Shown here: positions 41,014 through 50,485 of the stretch, piece after piece
Numbering within the stretch: the stretch's first letter is position 1
How the letters are laid out: the number at the start of each line of letters is the position of its first letter
Assembly (NCBI GenBank): GCA_963663165.1
Contig: OY760175.1
Location: 2,848,001 to 2,912,000 of the forward strand
DNA: 64,000 nucleotides
Reading direction: 5' to 3'
Source: an uncultured Desulfospira sp.
GTDB taxonomy: Bacteria; Desulfobacterota; Desulfobacteria; Desulfobacterales; Desulfobacteraceae
Translations under genes and position numbers: made by a program
The notes under the pieces: generated by a model
Seen by the model: the letters and a program-made list of their open reading frames with translations, nothing else
Told to the model about the DNA's origin: nothing
Database searches by the model: none

Positions 41014-41966
41014 TTATTTTTTAGACTTGGGCCGCACCACAAGATGTTGAGATAAATTTAAAATCGATTTGAGCTTTTCAGTCGCAGCTATTCGCTTTTT
41101 GGGTTCCATCCTTGATATATTTTTTATCTTCCACTTTATCGCCGGCAGGTTTTCAAGACCTGAAATTGAAAGCAAGCTGAAATCAGGAATTCCCATTTTA
41201 ACAGACAATAGAAATTCCCGCTCATTTCTTGAAAGTTTGGATAATATTTGAGATGGTAACCCGTTACGTATTTTTTAAGTTCTTCATAACTAACATTTAT
41301 TGAAGACATACCTTTGAATTCAGATTCATATGCCTGTCTGAAATTTTGAAAATTTGGCGAAAGCAACTCAGACATGGGGCGATTATGACTTGCAAGGTAT
41401 ACAACAAACGCTTGACTGATTTCTGGATTTAGACCTTTTGTCTCAGAAAGGAGCTTAATATCAAACAAATCCCGTGGATGCTGACGATCCAAAGCCGCAC
41501 ATATCTTCCCGCCATATAGATCCGCTAAAGAAAGTACCGGGATCTCCATTTTCATTTTAAAAATATCAACGGCATTTTTACATACCGGTTTTAAAATCGG
41601 AGGATAACAACTTCCCCGGAATATCAAATTCGGCTCTATTTTAACCATACTGCTTCGGCTTCTAATGATCAGCTTGTATGTATAGTCCGTGCCTTTTATC
41701 TTTAATTCTTGGATCTGACAGTGCGGAACCAACCGGCTAACCTTATCTGAGATCCTGAATAGTGACTTTCCAATATCCTTTAAAGTTTCATCCCGTGGTT
41801 TAATTGGAAGAAAGGTTAAATCAATATCAACCGATACCCGTGGCATATTCAAATAAAAAAAATTCAAAGCTGTCCCGCCTTTTAAAGCAAAATCTTTTTC
41901 CTGCCCAACAATTGGAAGGACGGACAGCATCCATTTGGCCTGATCAAAATATTTATTCATTTTCAT
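41014..41966 (-). pseudogene. abiEii: AbiEii-family nucleotidyltransferase toxin with a single-base frameshift
   Basis: FALKGGTALN, RVSVDIDL, GGKICAALDRQHPRDLFD; C terminus LENLPAIKWKIKN lies in another frame, restored by one extra A at 41271-41276. Confidence 0.85.
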
Positions 41967-42757
41967 GGGATATCCGCCAAGTTGATTCCCGCGATCTCAT
42001 TGGGGACCGTTATTTGATATTTTTTATTTAAAATTCCATTAATCGCAACACGGCGCTTGCCTTTCCCCAGGTCAATCTTATTTATCTTCAATTTCTTGAA
42101 CCAGGGCATGTCATATGTGTCCGCAAAATAAAGAAATAATCGTTTTGCTTTAATAGAACTGCAAAATTCAAGGAGGGCTTGCACCACGTCATATCGTAGG
42201 GATAGAAGGCTCTCCATAAAATGCCCCGCCTCTTCAAACGAATGATAATTTGGAACCAGGCTGCACAGTTCCAGCATGGCCCGCTCGGGAGCAGACCCTC
42301 TTATTTCAAAACTGCCTGTATCAAAATGCATTAATCCAAAATCTGGTTGCGATGGGAAAATATTTAATCTTTTAAAACACAGCTCATCCTTCCATGGGTG
42401 TTTCATAAACCAGGCCGGCAATTGGATCTTTTTTGATGCAAAAAGATATACTTTTGCTGTTTGCCCCAATTGGAGATTATGTCCGAATCCAGATAATTCC
42501 AAAGCGGTTTTCCCGCCGGCATGCACACAAAGATTTAGTTGGCTCTGAACCGCATGCAATCCCCCGCGCCAGTCAACAGAATCCCCATATTGTATATAGG
42601 CGCCACTTCCTATTTTAGTTACCCAGGGCGCTTTCTGGTAATAATCTATCAGCTGCTGATATCCACCATAATCGCGAAACCATGCCAATGTCCCCACAGT
42701 TCCTTTGGGCCAGTTTCGTAGGATTCGGTTTAATATATTTCTATTTTCACCAGGCAT
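41963..42757 (-). CDS. abiEi: AbiEi-family antitoxin (type IV TA)
   Basis: HAGGKTALEL.G, SAPERAMLE, LLEFCSSIKAKRLFLYFA, IDLGKGKR, KYQITVP; overlaps the toxin start; AT-rich. Confidence 0.9.
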   Translation of the reverse strand: MPGENRNILNRILRNWPKGTVGTLAWFRDYGGYQQLIDYYQKAPWVTKIGSGAYIQYGDSVDWRGGLHAVQSQLNLCVHAGGKTALELSGFGHNLQLGQTAKVYLFASKKIQLPAWFMKHPWKDELCFKRLNIFPSQPDFGLMHFDTGSFEIRGSAPERAMLELCSLVPNYHSFEEAGHFMESLLSLRYDVVQALLEFCSSIKAKRLFLYFADTYDMPWFKKLKINKIDLGKGKRRVAINGILNKKYQITVPNEIAGINLADIP

Positions 42758-43172
42758 TTTTGTGATTATAAAACAATATCAAACCAAATTCAAGCGGGCA
42801 GTTTAATATTATTTTGATTTAACAAGTTATATTTGTGATTTGTTATCCAATTTATCGGCTATAAATATGAAATTAACGAAACCGATATCAATTTCCGCAT
42901 ATAGGACCACCCCAATATATTGTGGTCGATAAATGACATTAAAGAACTCGCTACATAATGGTATAATTGGACTCTTTTCAAGAAATTATCCGGCCACCAC
43001 ATATTGTGCCCGCCTTGAAACGCTGGAAATAAATTTTATCGAAGATTAACATATTTCTCAGCCCATGAATTTAGATATGAAAATTGGTTCTCAATTGGGT
43101 CTATTTGGTTTAAACTTCCCAATTGGTATGAGTTGTTCGCCCACACCGCCTTTCCAAAAGGAGATTGACTCA

Positions 43173-44342
43173 GTGATCAAAAAAATTGTGGTGCTGATTT
43201 TGCTGCTGTGCGCAGGCGTTATCATATGGAAATGGGCACCGTCATTTTCGCAAAAATTATCTTCCGGCCCTTCCGGAACATCTTCCTCGCCGGTTGCCGT
43301 GGAAGCGGAAAAGGTCCGGACCGGCCCCATTGCCTTAAAACGGGTCTTCAGCGGGGAACTGGAAGCCAACGAAAAATTTGTGGTGGCCCCCAAGGTCAGC
43401 GGCCGGGTGGAGTTTCTGGCCGTGGACATCGGGGACAAGATCCGGCAGGGGCATCTGGTGGCCCGCCTGGATCATGAGGAATTCACCCTTGCCGTCACCC
43501 AGGCCCAGGCCGACCTTGCCGTGGCCCGGGCCGATGAAGCCCGGGCCCAAAGCAGTCTGGAGATTGCCGGCCGGGACATGAAGCGCATCGAAACCTTAAA
43601 AATAAGGGAGGTCTCTTCGGAAGCCCAGCTGGATGAGGCAAGGTCCAGGCAGATGGTGGCCAAAGCCGGGCTGGAAATTGCCAGGGCCAATGTGACCCGG
43701 GCCAGCGCGGCCCTGGAAACGGCCCGGGTCCGGCTGGGGTACACCGAGGTTAAGGCTGACTGGAGCGGAACCGATGATGCCCGGGTGGTGGCCCGGACTT
43801 TCGTGGCCCAGGGAGACATGGTTTCGGCCAACTCCCCCATGGTTTCGGTGGTGGATTTAGATCCCATTATCGGGGTGATCTGGGTGACGGAAAAAGATTA
43901 CGGCCGGCTTGAAACCGGCCTTCAGGCCGAACTGACCACAGACGCTTTTCCCGGCCGGATTTTTTGGGGCAAAGTGGCCAGAATTGCGCCGGTCTTCCGG
44001 GAGGACACCCGCCAGGCCCGGGTGGAGCTGACCGTGGACAACGGCGGCCATGACCTGAAACCGGGCATGTTCATCCGGGCCGGCCTGGTTCTGGATGAGG
44101 TGCCCGACGCCGTGATTGTGCCCGAAAGCGCCCTGACCCGGCGGGACGGCGAAACCGGGGTCTTTCTCATTGAAGAAAAGGATGCTGCCGTGGTGTGGCA
44201 GCCGGTCACCCCGGGCATCCGGGACGGGGACCAGGTTCAGGTGTCCGGAATTTCATCCGGCGGCCGGGTGGTCACCCTGGGCCAGCAGATGCTGGACAAC
44301 GGGTCTAACATTGTGGTCCCTGGAAAGGACCAGCCCCAATGA
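43173..44342 (+). CDS. RND efflux periplasmic adaptor (MFP)
   Basis: GTG after AGGAG; VAPKVSGRV..L.VDIGD, coiled coil, LKPGMF. Confidence 0.9.
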   Translation: MIKKIVVLILLLCAGVIIWKWAPSFSQKLSSGPSGTSSSPVAVEAEKVRTGPIALKRVFSGELEANEKFVVAPKVSGRVEFLAVDIGDKIRQGHLVARLDHEEFTLAVTQAQADLAVARADEARAQSSLEIAGRDMKRIETLKIREVSSEAQLDEARSRQMVAKAGLEIARANVTRASAALETARVRLGYTEVKADWSGTDDARVVARTFVAQGDMVSANSPMVSVVDLDPIIGVIWVTEKDYGRLETGLQAELTTDAFPGRIFWGKVARIAPVFREDTRQARVELTVDNGGHDLKPGMFIRAGLVLDEVPDAVIVPESALTRRDGETGVFLIEEKDAAVVWQPVTPGIRDGDQVQVSGISSGGRVVTLGQQMLDNGSNIVVPGKDQPQ

Positions 44343-46732
44343 ACCTGCCCGGATTCAGTGTCAGGCGTCCGGTATTCACCACCATGGTGACCCTGATCAT
44401 CCTGGTGGTCGGGTCCGTGGCCTTAAGCCGCCTCCAGATTGATATGCTGCCGGATGTGGAAATGCCCACCCTGATGATCCGGACCGATTACGAAGGGGCC
44501 GGCCCTGAAATCATGGAGCGCCTGGTGACCCGGATTATCGAGGAAATCGTATCCACGGTATCCGGGGTGGCGGATATGACCTCCACCTCCTCAGAGGGCA
44601 GAAGCAATATCAGTTTAAGTTTTGTCTGGGGCACGGATATCAATATGGCCGCCCTGGATGTCCGGGCCGTGATAGAAGATGAAATCAACGAACTGCCCGA
44701 TGACGTGGTCCGCCCCCGGATCAGGAAATTTGATGTCAATTCCTTTCCGGTGGTGATTCTGGGGATCACCGGCCGGCTGGACCCGGTGGAGCTGACCCAG
44801 CTCATTGAGGACCAGGTCCGTTACCGGTTTGCCCGGATTCCCGGGGTGGCCCAGGTGGACCTGTGGGGCGGGTTTACCCGGGAGGTGCGCGTTGAACTTT
44901 TCCCGGACCGGATCAAGGCCCTGGGGCTGCCCCTGGACCACATCATTCAGGCCCTGCGCGATGCCAACCTGGACGAACCCACCGGCCGCCTGGACCAGGG
45001 GCGGTACTCTGTGGTGCTCCGGGCGCCGGCCGAGTACACCGATCTGGACCAGATCCGGGACACCATTGTGTTTCAGCAGCCGGGCGGCGCGGTCCGGTTA
45101 GGGCAGATCGCCGAGGTTAAAGAGACCTATGAAAAGCGGACCCGCATCATCCGGGTCAACGGGGAGCAGGGCATCCGGGTGGCCATCCGCAAGGAGTCCA
45201 ACGCCAACACCGTGGAGGTTTCCAAACTGATCCTGGCCCAGATCGACGAAATCAATGCCGCCCTTCCCCAGATCCATGTGGTGCCGGTGACCAACCAGGG
45301 CAACTTTATTGAACGTTCCATCCGGAATGTGGCCAAGTCCGTCATGGTCGGCTCGGGCCTGGCGGTTCTGGTGCTGCTCTTTTTTCTAAGGACCGTGAGA
45401 AGCACCCTGGTCATCTCCTTGTCCATTCCCATCTCCATGGTGGCCACCTTTGCCCTGATGTTTTTCGGAAAATTCACCCTTAACCTCATGACCCTCGGGG
45501 GGCTGGCCTTAGGGGCCGGCATGATGGTGGACAGTTCCATTGTGGTGCTGGAAAACATCTTTCGCCGGAAATCGGAAAACAACGAAACCCCGGAGCAGGC
45601 TTCTGTGGCAGGGGCAACAGAGATGGGACCGGCCATTCTGGCCGGCACCGCCACCACCCTGGTGATTTTTCTGCCCCTGATTTTTGTCCGGGGGGTCTCC
45701 GGGATTTTGTTCACTGAAATGGCCTATGTCATTATTTTTTCTCTGATCTGCGCCCTGCTGGTCTCCTTGTCCCTGGTGCCCATGCTGACCTCAAAGCTGC
45801 TGGCCTTTAAACCGGCCTACGGAAGGGCGCCGTCTTCAGAGCTGGACCGGCTTTTTAACCTGTCCGGAGTTCTTTTTGACCGGCTGGTGTCCGGGTATAC
45901 CAGGATTCTGGCCCAGGTTTTGAACCACCCCAAAACAACGGTAGTCCTCTCTTTTGCCCTGCTGGCGGCAAGCCTTGTGCTGGTGCCCGAAATCGGCACG
46001 GAACTGCTGCCCCCCAGTGACGAAGGCGAAGTCCAGATTTCCGGGAAGATGGAGCAGGGCACCCGGCTGGAACTGGTGGACCGGCAGGCCCGGCTCATGG
46101 AGGCCCTGGTCTATCCGGCCGTGCCCGAGGCGGTCTCTTCTGTGATCAGTCTCGGGGCGTCAGGCCGGAACCCCGGTGAAACGGCCAGGGCACAGATCAG
46201 CATCTCCCTTGTGCCCTCCTCTTTCAGGGAGCGGTCCAATGAAGAGATTGCAGCGGATTTAAGAGGCCGCCTTGCCGGAAAAATTCCGGGCATGGAGATC
46301 CGGACCCGGGCCCCCCAGGGCCAGTTTCTGCTGGACCGGATTTTGGGGAGCGATGAGGGGATCACAGTGGATGTCCGGGGCAGGGACCTGTCCGTCCTTG
46401 ACAGCCTTTCCCGGAAGGTGGCCGAGGTGGTCCGAAACGTTCCGGGGATCACGGATGTTGAGATCAGCCGGGAAGACGGGATTCCCCAGCAGGAGATCAT
46501 GGTTGACCGGGACAAGGCCGCAGACTTGGGATTTTCAGTCAAAGACATCACCGGCATGCTCTCCACGGCGGTTGTGGGGACCAAGGCCGGAGAGTACCGC
46601 ACCGGGGGCGATTCCTGCCGGATCCTGGTCCAGCTCAAAGATGCGGAAAAACGGCCCATGTCGGAACTTCTGGACCTGATCCCTGCGGTCTATTCCCTGT
46701 TTCATCCTGAAAAACAGGAGCCTGCCCCATGA
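44339..46732 (+). pseudogene. AcrB/AcrF-family RND permease with an in-frame internal deletion (797 aa)
   Basis: SVRRPV, GMMVDSSIVVLENI; the second periplasmic domain joins directly to the terminal LIPAVYSLF, so most C-terminal helices are absent. Confidence 0.8.
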
Positions 46733-48252
46733 CACGGAAACGGAACTTTATCCGGGCATTGGTTTTCCTAGCTGTTTTTGTTCCGGCAGGGCTTGGGGAG
46801 GCCGCCACTGAAGCCCGGGACCGGGCTATGGCCTCCCATGCTCCGGTGTTTAAACAAGTGCCGCCCCCGGTGCCGGAAGGGCCGGGACAGCCCCTTTCCA
46901 TCAGCCTTGAACAGGCGGTTTTCCTGGCCTTGAAAAACAACCGGGATCTTCACATTCAGCAGCTGGCCCCGGTGGTGGCCGGGACCTATGAGCAGATTGA
47001 ACTGGGGGTGTTTGATCCGGCGCTTTTTGCAGATCTGTCCTGGGGCCGGGAGATGGACGATGCCCAAAGCCAGGACCGGCTGATGGCGGCCCGGGCCGGG
47101 GTTACCCGGAAACTGGCTGCCGGGACAACCCTTGCGGCGGGTCTTTCCTATGAGAAGGACTCCTCTGAAGACAGCGGCTCCCGCCACAACACCCGGCTGG
47201 GGGTTTCCGTAACCCAGGCATTACTTAAAGGGCGGGGCGCTGCGGTGAACCTGATCGGCGTAAAACAGCGGGAAATGGATACCCTGGCCAGTGTCTATCA
47301 GCTTGAGGGGTTTACCCAGGCCCTGGTGGCCCGGACGGAAACGGCCTATTGGAACCATGTCCTGGCCGTCAAAGAGATTGAAATTTTTCAGCGGTCCCTT
47401 GAGGTGGCGGCCCAGCAGCGGGACGAGGTGGAACAGCAGATCGGGGTGGGCCTCCTTCCCCGGAACGAGGCGGCCGCCGCCCTGGCCGAAGAGGCCATAC
47501 GGGAACAGGCCCTGATCAATGCCCAAAGCCTGGTGGAAGAACGCCGCCTTTCCCTGCTTCAAATCATCAACGCCCAAAACCCGGATACGGCCGTTGAAAC
47601 CGTCAGCGTCCCGGCCGTTCACGGGCAGGACCTGGGGGAGAATCAACAGCGGGTTGACCTGGCCCTGGCATCCCGCCCGGACCTTAAGGAGGCTAAATTA
47701 AAACTGGACCGGAACGAACTGGACCTTACGGTCACGAAAAACGGCCTTTTGCCCCGGCTGGATTTTTTCATGGATCTGGGGATCATGGGATACGGAAACA
47801 GCCCCGGGGAGAGCATGGAAAACATCTCCACAGACACCTATGATATTGGCGCCGGGATCCATCTGAGCCGGAGTGCGGGAAACCGTGAGGCCAAGGCCCG
47901 GTTCAGGGCGGCTGCCGCAACAAGGGCCCAGGCCGAGATCGCCCTGGACAACCTGCGCCACCGGATCCGGTTCCAGGTCAGCCTGGCCGTCAACGAAGTG
48001 AACCGGACCCGGCAGCAGATTTTTGCCTCCCGTAAAACCCGTGAATACGAGGAAAAGACCGTGGTCTCAGAACAGGAACGGTTCAAGGTCGGGTCCGGGA
48101 CCTCCCTTCTGGTGGCCCAGGCCCAGCGGGACCTGCTCTCCAGCCGGATCGCCGAAGTCCGGGCCGTAATCAACTATCGCATCGCCCTGGTCAACCTTTT
48201 TCTGGCTGAAGGCTCTTTGCTGGAGCGCCGGGGGATTGTTCTTGAGAAGTGA
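46729..48252 (+). CDS. TolC-family outer membrane efflux protein
   Basis: SLEQAVFLALKNN, AL.SRPDL, ERFKVGSGTSLLVAQAQRDL. Confidence 0.9.
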   Translation: MTRKRNFIRALVFLAVFVPAGLGEAATEARDRAMASHAPVFKQVPPPVPEGPGQPLSISLEQAVFLALKNNRDLHIQQLAPVVAGTYEQIELGVFDPALFADLSWGREMDDAQSQDRLMAARAGVTRKLAAGTTLAAGLSYEKDSSEDSGSRHNTRLGVSVTQALLKGRGAAVNLIGVKQREMDTLASVYQLEGFTQALVARTETAYWNHVLAVKEIEIFQRSLEVAAQQRDEVEQQIGVGLLPRNEAAAALAEEAIREQALINAQSLVEERRLSLLQIINAQNPDTAVETVSVPAVHGQDLGENQQRVDLALASRPDLKEAKLKLDRNELDLTVTKNGLLPRLDFFMDLGIMGYGNSPGESMENISTDTYDIGAGIHLSRSAGNREAKARFRAAAATRAQAEIALDNLRHRIRFQVSLAVNEVNRTRQQIFASRKTREYEEKTVVSEQERFKVGSGTSLLVAQAQRDLLSSRIAEVRAVINYRIALVNLFLAEGSLLERRGIVLEK

Positions 48253-48275
48253 CCATTAAAAGAAAGGAGGGAACA

Positions 48276-48752
48276 TTGGGAACCCATCTGCGGGAAGCAG
48301 CGGTAAAAGGGCTGGCCTTAGGGGATACCTTTACCATCACCCGGACCTTTTCCCACAAGGAAACCCAAGCGTTCGGGGACCTGACAAAGGATTACAACCC
48401 CGTCCATTACGATGAGCGGTGGACCGATGCCAAAGGGTTTGACGGCCTGATCTGCCATGGTTTGCTGGTGGGGGGAATGATCTGCGAATTCGGCGGCCAG
48501 GTGGGGTGGCTGGCCTCGGGCATGGCGTTTAAATTCATTAAGCCGGTCTATTTCAACGACACCATTGAGTGCCGGATCAAATTAACCGCCCTGGATGAAA
48601 CGGGCCGGGCCGAGGCCGAAGGAAGGTTTTTCAACCAGCATAAGGACCAGGTCGCCTGGGTAAGGCTCAAGGGACGGCTGCCCCTGGACACTGAAAAAAA
48701 GATCCTGGCCGGGATGATGGCCGAAGGGGACCCGACCAACCCCCTGGCCTGA
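48276..48752 (+). CDS. MaoC-family dehydratase
   Basis: FGDLTKDYNPVHYD, ICHGLL, FIKPVYFND; TTG after AGGAGG. Confidence 0.85.
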   Translation: MGTHLREAAVKGLALGDTFTITRTFSHKETQAFGDLTKDYNPVHYDERWTDAKGFDGLICHGLLVGGMICEFGGQVGWLASGMAFKFIKPVYFNDTIECRIKLTALDETGRAEAEGRFFNQHKDQVAWVRLKGRLPLDTEKKILAGMMAEGDPTNPLA

Positions 48753-48841
48753 TCTCCAAAAAATCCGGTCCGGCCTTTTACACACAACAGGCGCATAAAA
48801 TTATAACAGGGTAACATACCCCAAGCCCGGGAGTTTTTCAC

Positions 48842-49750
48842 ATGTCACACGGTTCAGATTCATTAAAAAGTATTTTTTTTGCCTTGGGAGCCAATCTTTC
48901 CATTGCCGTTTCAAAATTTGCGGCGGCCATGGTCACCGATTCCGGCTCCATGATGGCGGAATCCATCCATTCCCTGGCGGATTCGGGAAATCAGTTATTG
49001 CTTCTTCTCGGCCTTAAACGCTCCAAACGGCCTCCGTCACCCGAATACCCCTTAGGCCACGGAAAGGCGATCTATTTCTGGTCCTTTGTGGTTGCCCTGA
49101 TTCTGTTTTCCGTTGGCGGCATGTATTCCATCTATGAGGGATTTCACAAAATAGCACACCCCGAACCCTTAAGTTATCCCATTGTGGCTGTGGGCGTTTT
49201 ATTGTTCTCCATTGCCGCCGAAGGCGTCTCCATGTGGGGATGCCTCAGAGAGATCAATAAGGGACGCAAAGGCCGGTCATTGATTAAATGGTTTAAGGAA
49301 ACCCGCCAAAGCGAACTTATCGTTGTTTTCGGTGAGGACTTGGCAGCCCTTCTCGGCCTTTGCTTTGCCATTATCGCGGTGGTCTGTTCCATTATCACGG
49401 GCAACCCCTTTTATGACGCCCTAGGAAGCATTGTGATCGGATTTTTACTGGTGCTGGTGGCCTTTTTTATCGGCATGGAAGTCAAGGGTCTGCTCATCGG
49501 CCAGGGGGTGGAACCTGATTTAAAACGGGAGATGGTTCAGTTTTTTGAAAACAGGACCGAAATCCGGCAGGTATTTAACCTGGTCACCCTTCAGCTGGGC
49601 AATGACGTGATGGTTGCCGTGAAAGCAAGAATGGAAAATTTTGACTGCGCCCGGGAAATGGTCAAGGCCGTCAATCTGTGCGAAGCCGCTTTCAAGTCCC
49701 AATATCCCCAGGTGTTATGGCTGTTCTTTGAGCCGGATATCGAAGACTGA
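48842..49750 (+). CDS. cation diffusion facilitator family transporter
   Basis: SGSMMAESIHSLADSGNQ, YPLGHG, EDLAALLG, DALGSI. Confidence 0.9.
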   Translation: MSHGSDSLKSIFFALGANLSIAVSKFAAAMVTDSGSMMAESIHSLADSGNQLLLLLGLKRSKRPPSPEYPLGHGKAIYFWSFVVALILFSVGGMYSIYEGFHKIAHPEPLSYPIVAVGVLLFSIAAEGVSMWGCLREINKGRKGRSLIKWFKETRQSELIVVFGEDLAALLGLCFAIIAVVCSIITGNPFYDALGSIVIGFLLVLVAFFIGMEVKGLLIGQGVEPDLKREMVQFFENRTEIRQVFNLVTLQLGNDVMVAVKARMENFDCAREMVKAVNLCEAAFKSQYPQVLWLFFEPDIED

Positions 49751-49803
49751 AAGTGCGAACCCATATCCATGATGCCGGAAAATACAAATCAATGAGTATC
49801 CTT

Positions 49804-50307
49804 ATGATGACTAAAGACAGTCCCGCCTGCCCCTGCGGCAGCACCAATGAGTATCAGGCCTGCTGTTTTCCCTGTATCAGCGGCAGCCGGCCGGCAGCGA
49901 CCCCTGAAAGCCTGATGCGTTCAAGGTTCACGGCTTTCAGTCTTAAAGACCCGGGCTACCTTGTCAAAACCCTTGACCCGGAACAGCTGGCGGCTTTCGG
50001 CGGGGAAATTCCCCTGCTGGCCCAGTTAACGCAGACCATGGCCGTGACGGACTGGCTCGGGCTAAAAGTGCTGGGCAGCGGCCAGGAAGGGCCGGACCGG
50101 GGCTGGGTGGAATTTGCGGCCTTCTTTTCCCGGGACGGCAAACTGGGCCAGCTCCATGAGAAATCCGCCTTTATTAAAAAGCAGGGGCTCTGGTATTACA
50201 AAGACGGCGACATCCTGCCGAATATCTCCTTAGGCAGAAACCAGCCCTGTTTCTGCGGTTCCGGCAAAAAATTCAAGCACTGCCACGGCCCGGGGGAGTG
50301 GCTATAA
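49804..50307 (+). CDS. ychJ: YchJ family protein with SEC-C motifs (start uncertain)
   Basis: CPCGS....CC.P, TPESLMRSRFTAF, VEFAA..LHEKSAF..WYYKDG, GRNQPCFCGSGKKFKHCH. Confidence 0.85.
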   Translation: MMTKDSPACPCGSTNEYQACCFPCISGSRPAATPESLMRSRFTAFSLKDPGYLVKTLDPEQLAAFGGEIPLLAQLTQTMAVTDWLGLKVLGSGQEGPDRGWVEFAAFFSRDGKLGQLHEKSAFIKKQGLWYYKDGDILPNISLGRNQPCFCGSGKKFKHCHGPGEWL

Positions 50308-50407
50308 AAGCTGCTTTGGACGATTTATAAATTCTCATCCGCGATATTCCGGCCAAAGGAATTCAGAATGTTAAGCCTGACCTCTCTGAAAGCAGGGCAA
50401 TCGCGTG

Positions 50408-50460
50408 TAAAAAAGCAGTCCATCCCGGAATGAAGTGAATGGAACGGCCGGACTGCCTGA
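50408..50460 (-). terminator. probable terminator after the DUF2126 gene
   Basis: Minus strand gcagtcc...ggactgc-tttttt, with a long loop. Confidence 0.5.
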
Positions 50461-50485
50461 TTTGTTTCAGGCCGGCCGCGGCTGT

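Noticed and set aside
42948..42962. CGCTACATAAT matching the RIT right end
   Set aside because: Single 11-mer with no partner arm or recombinase; could be chance.
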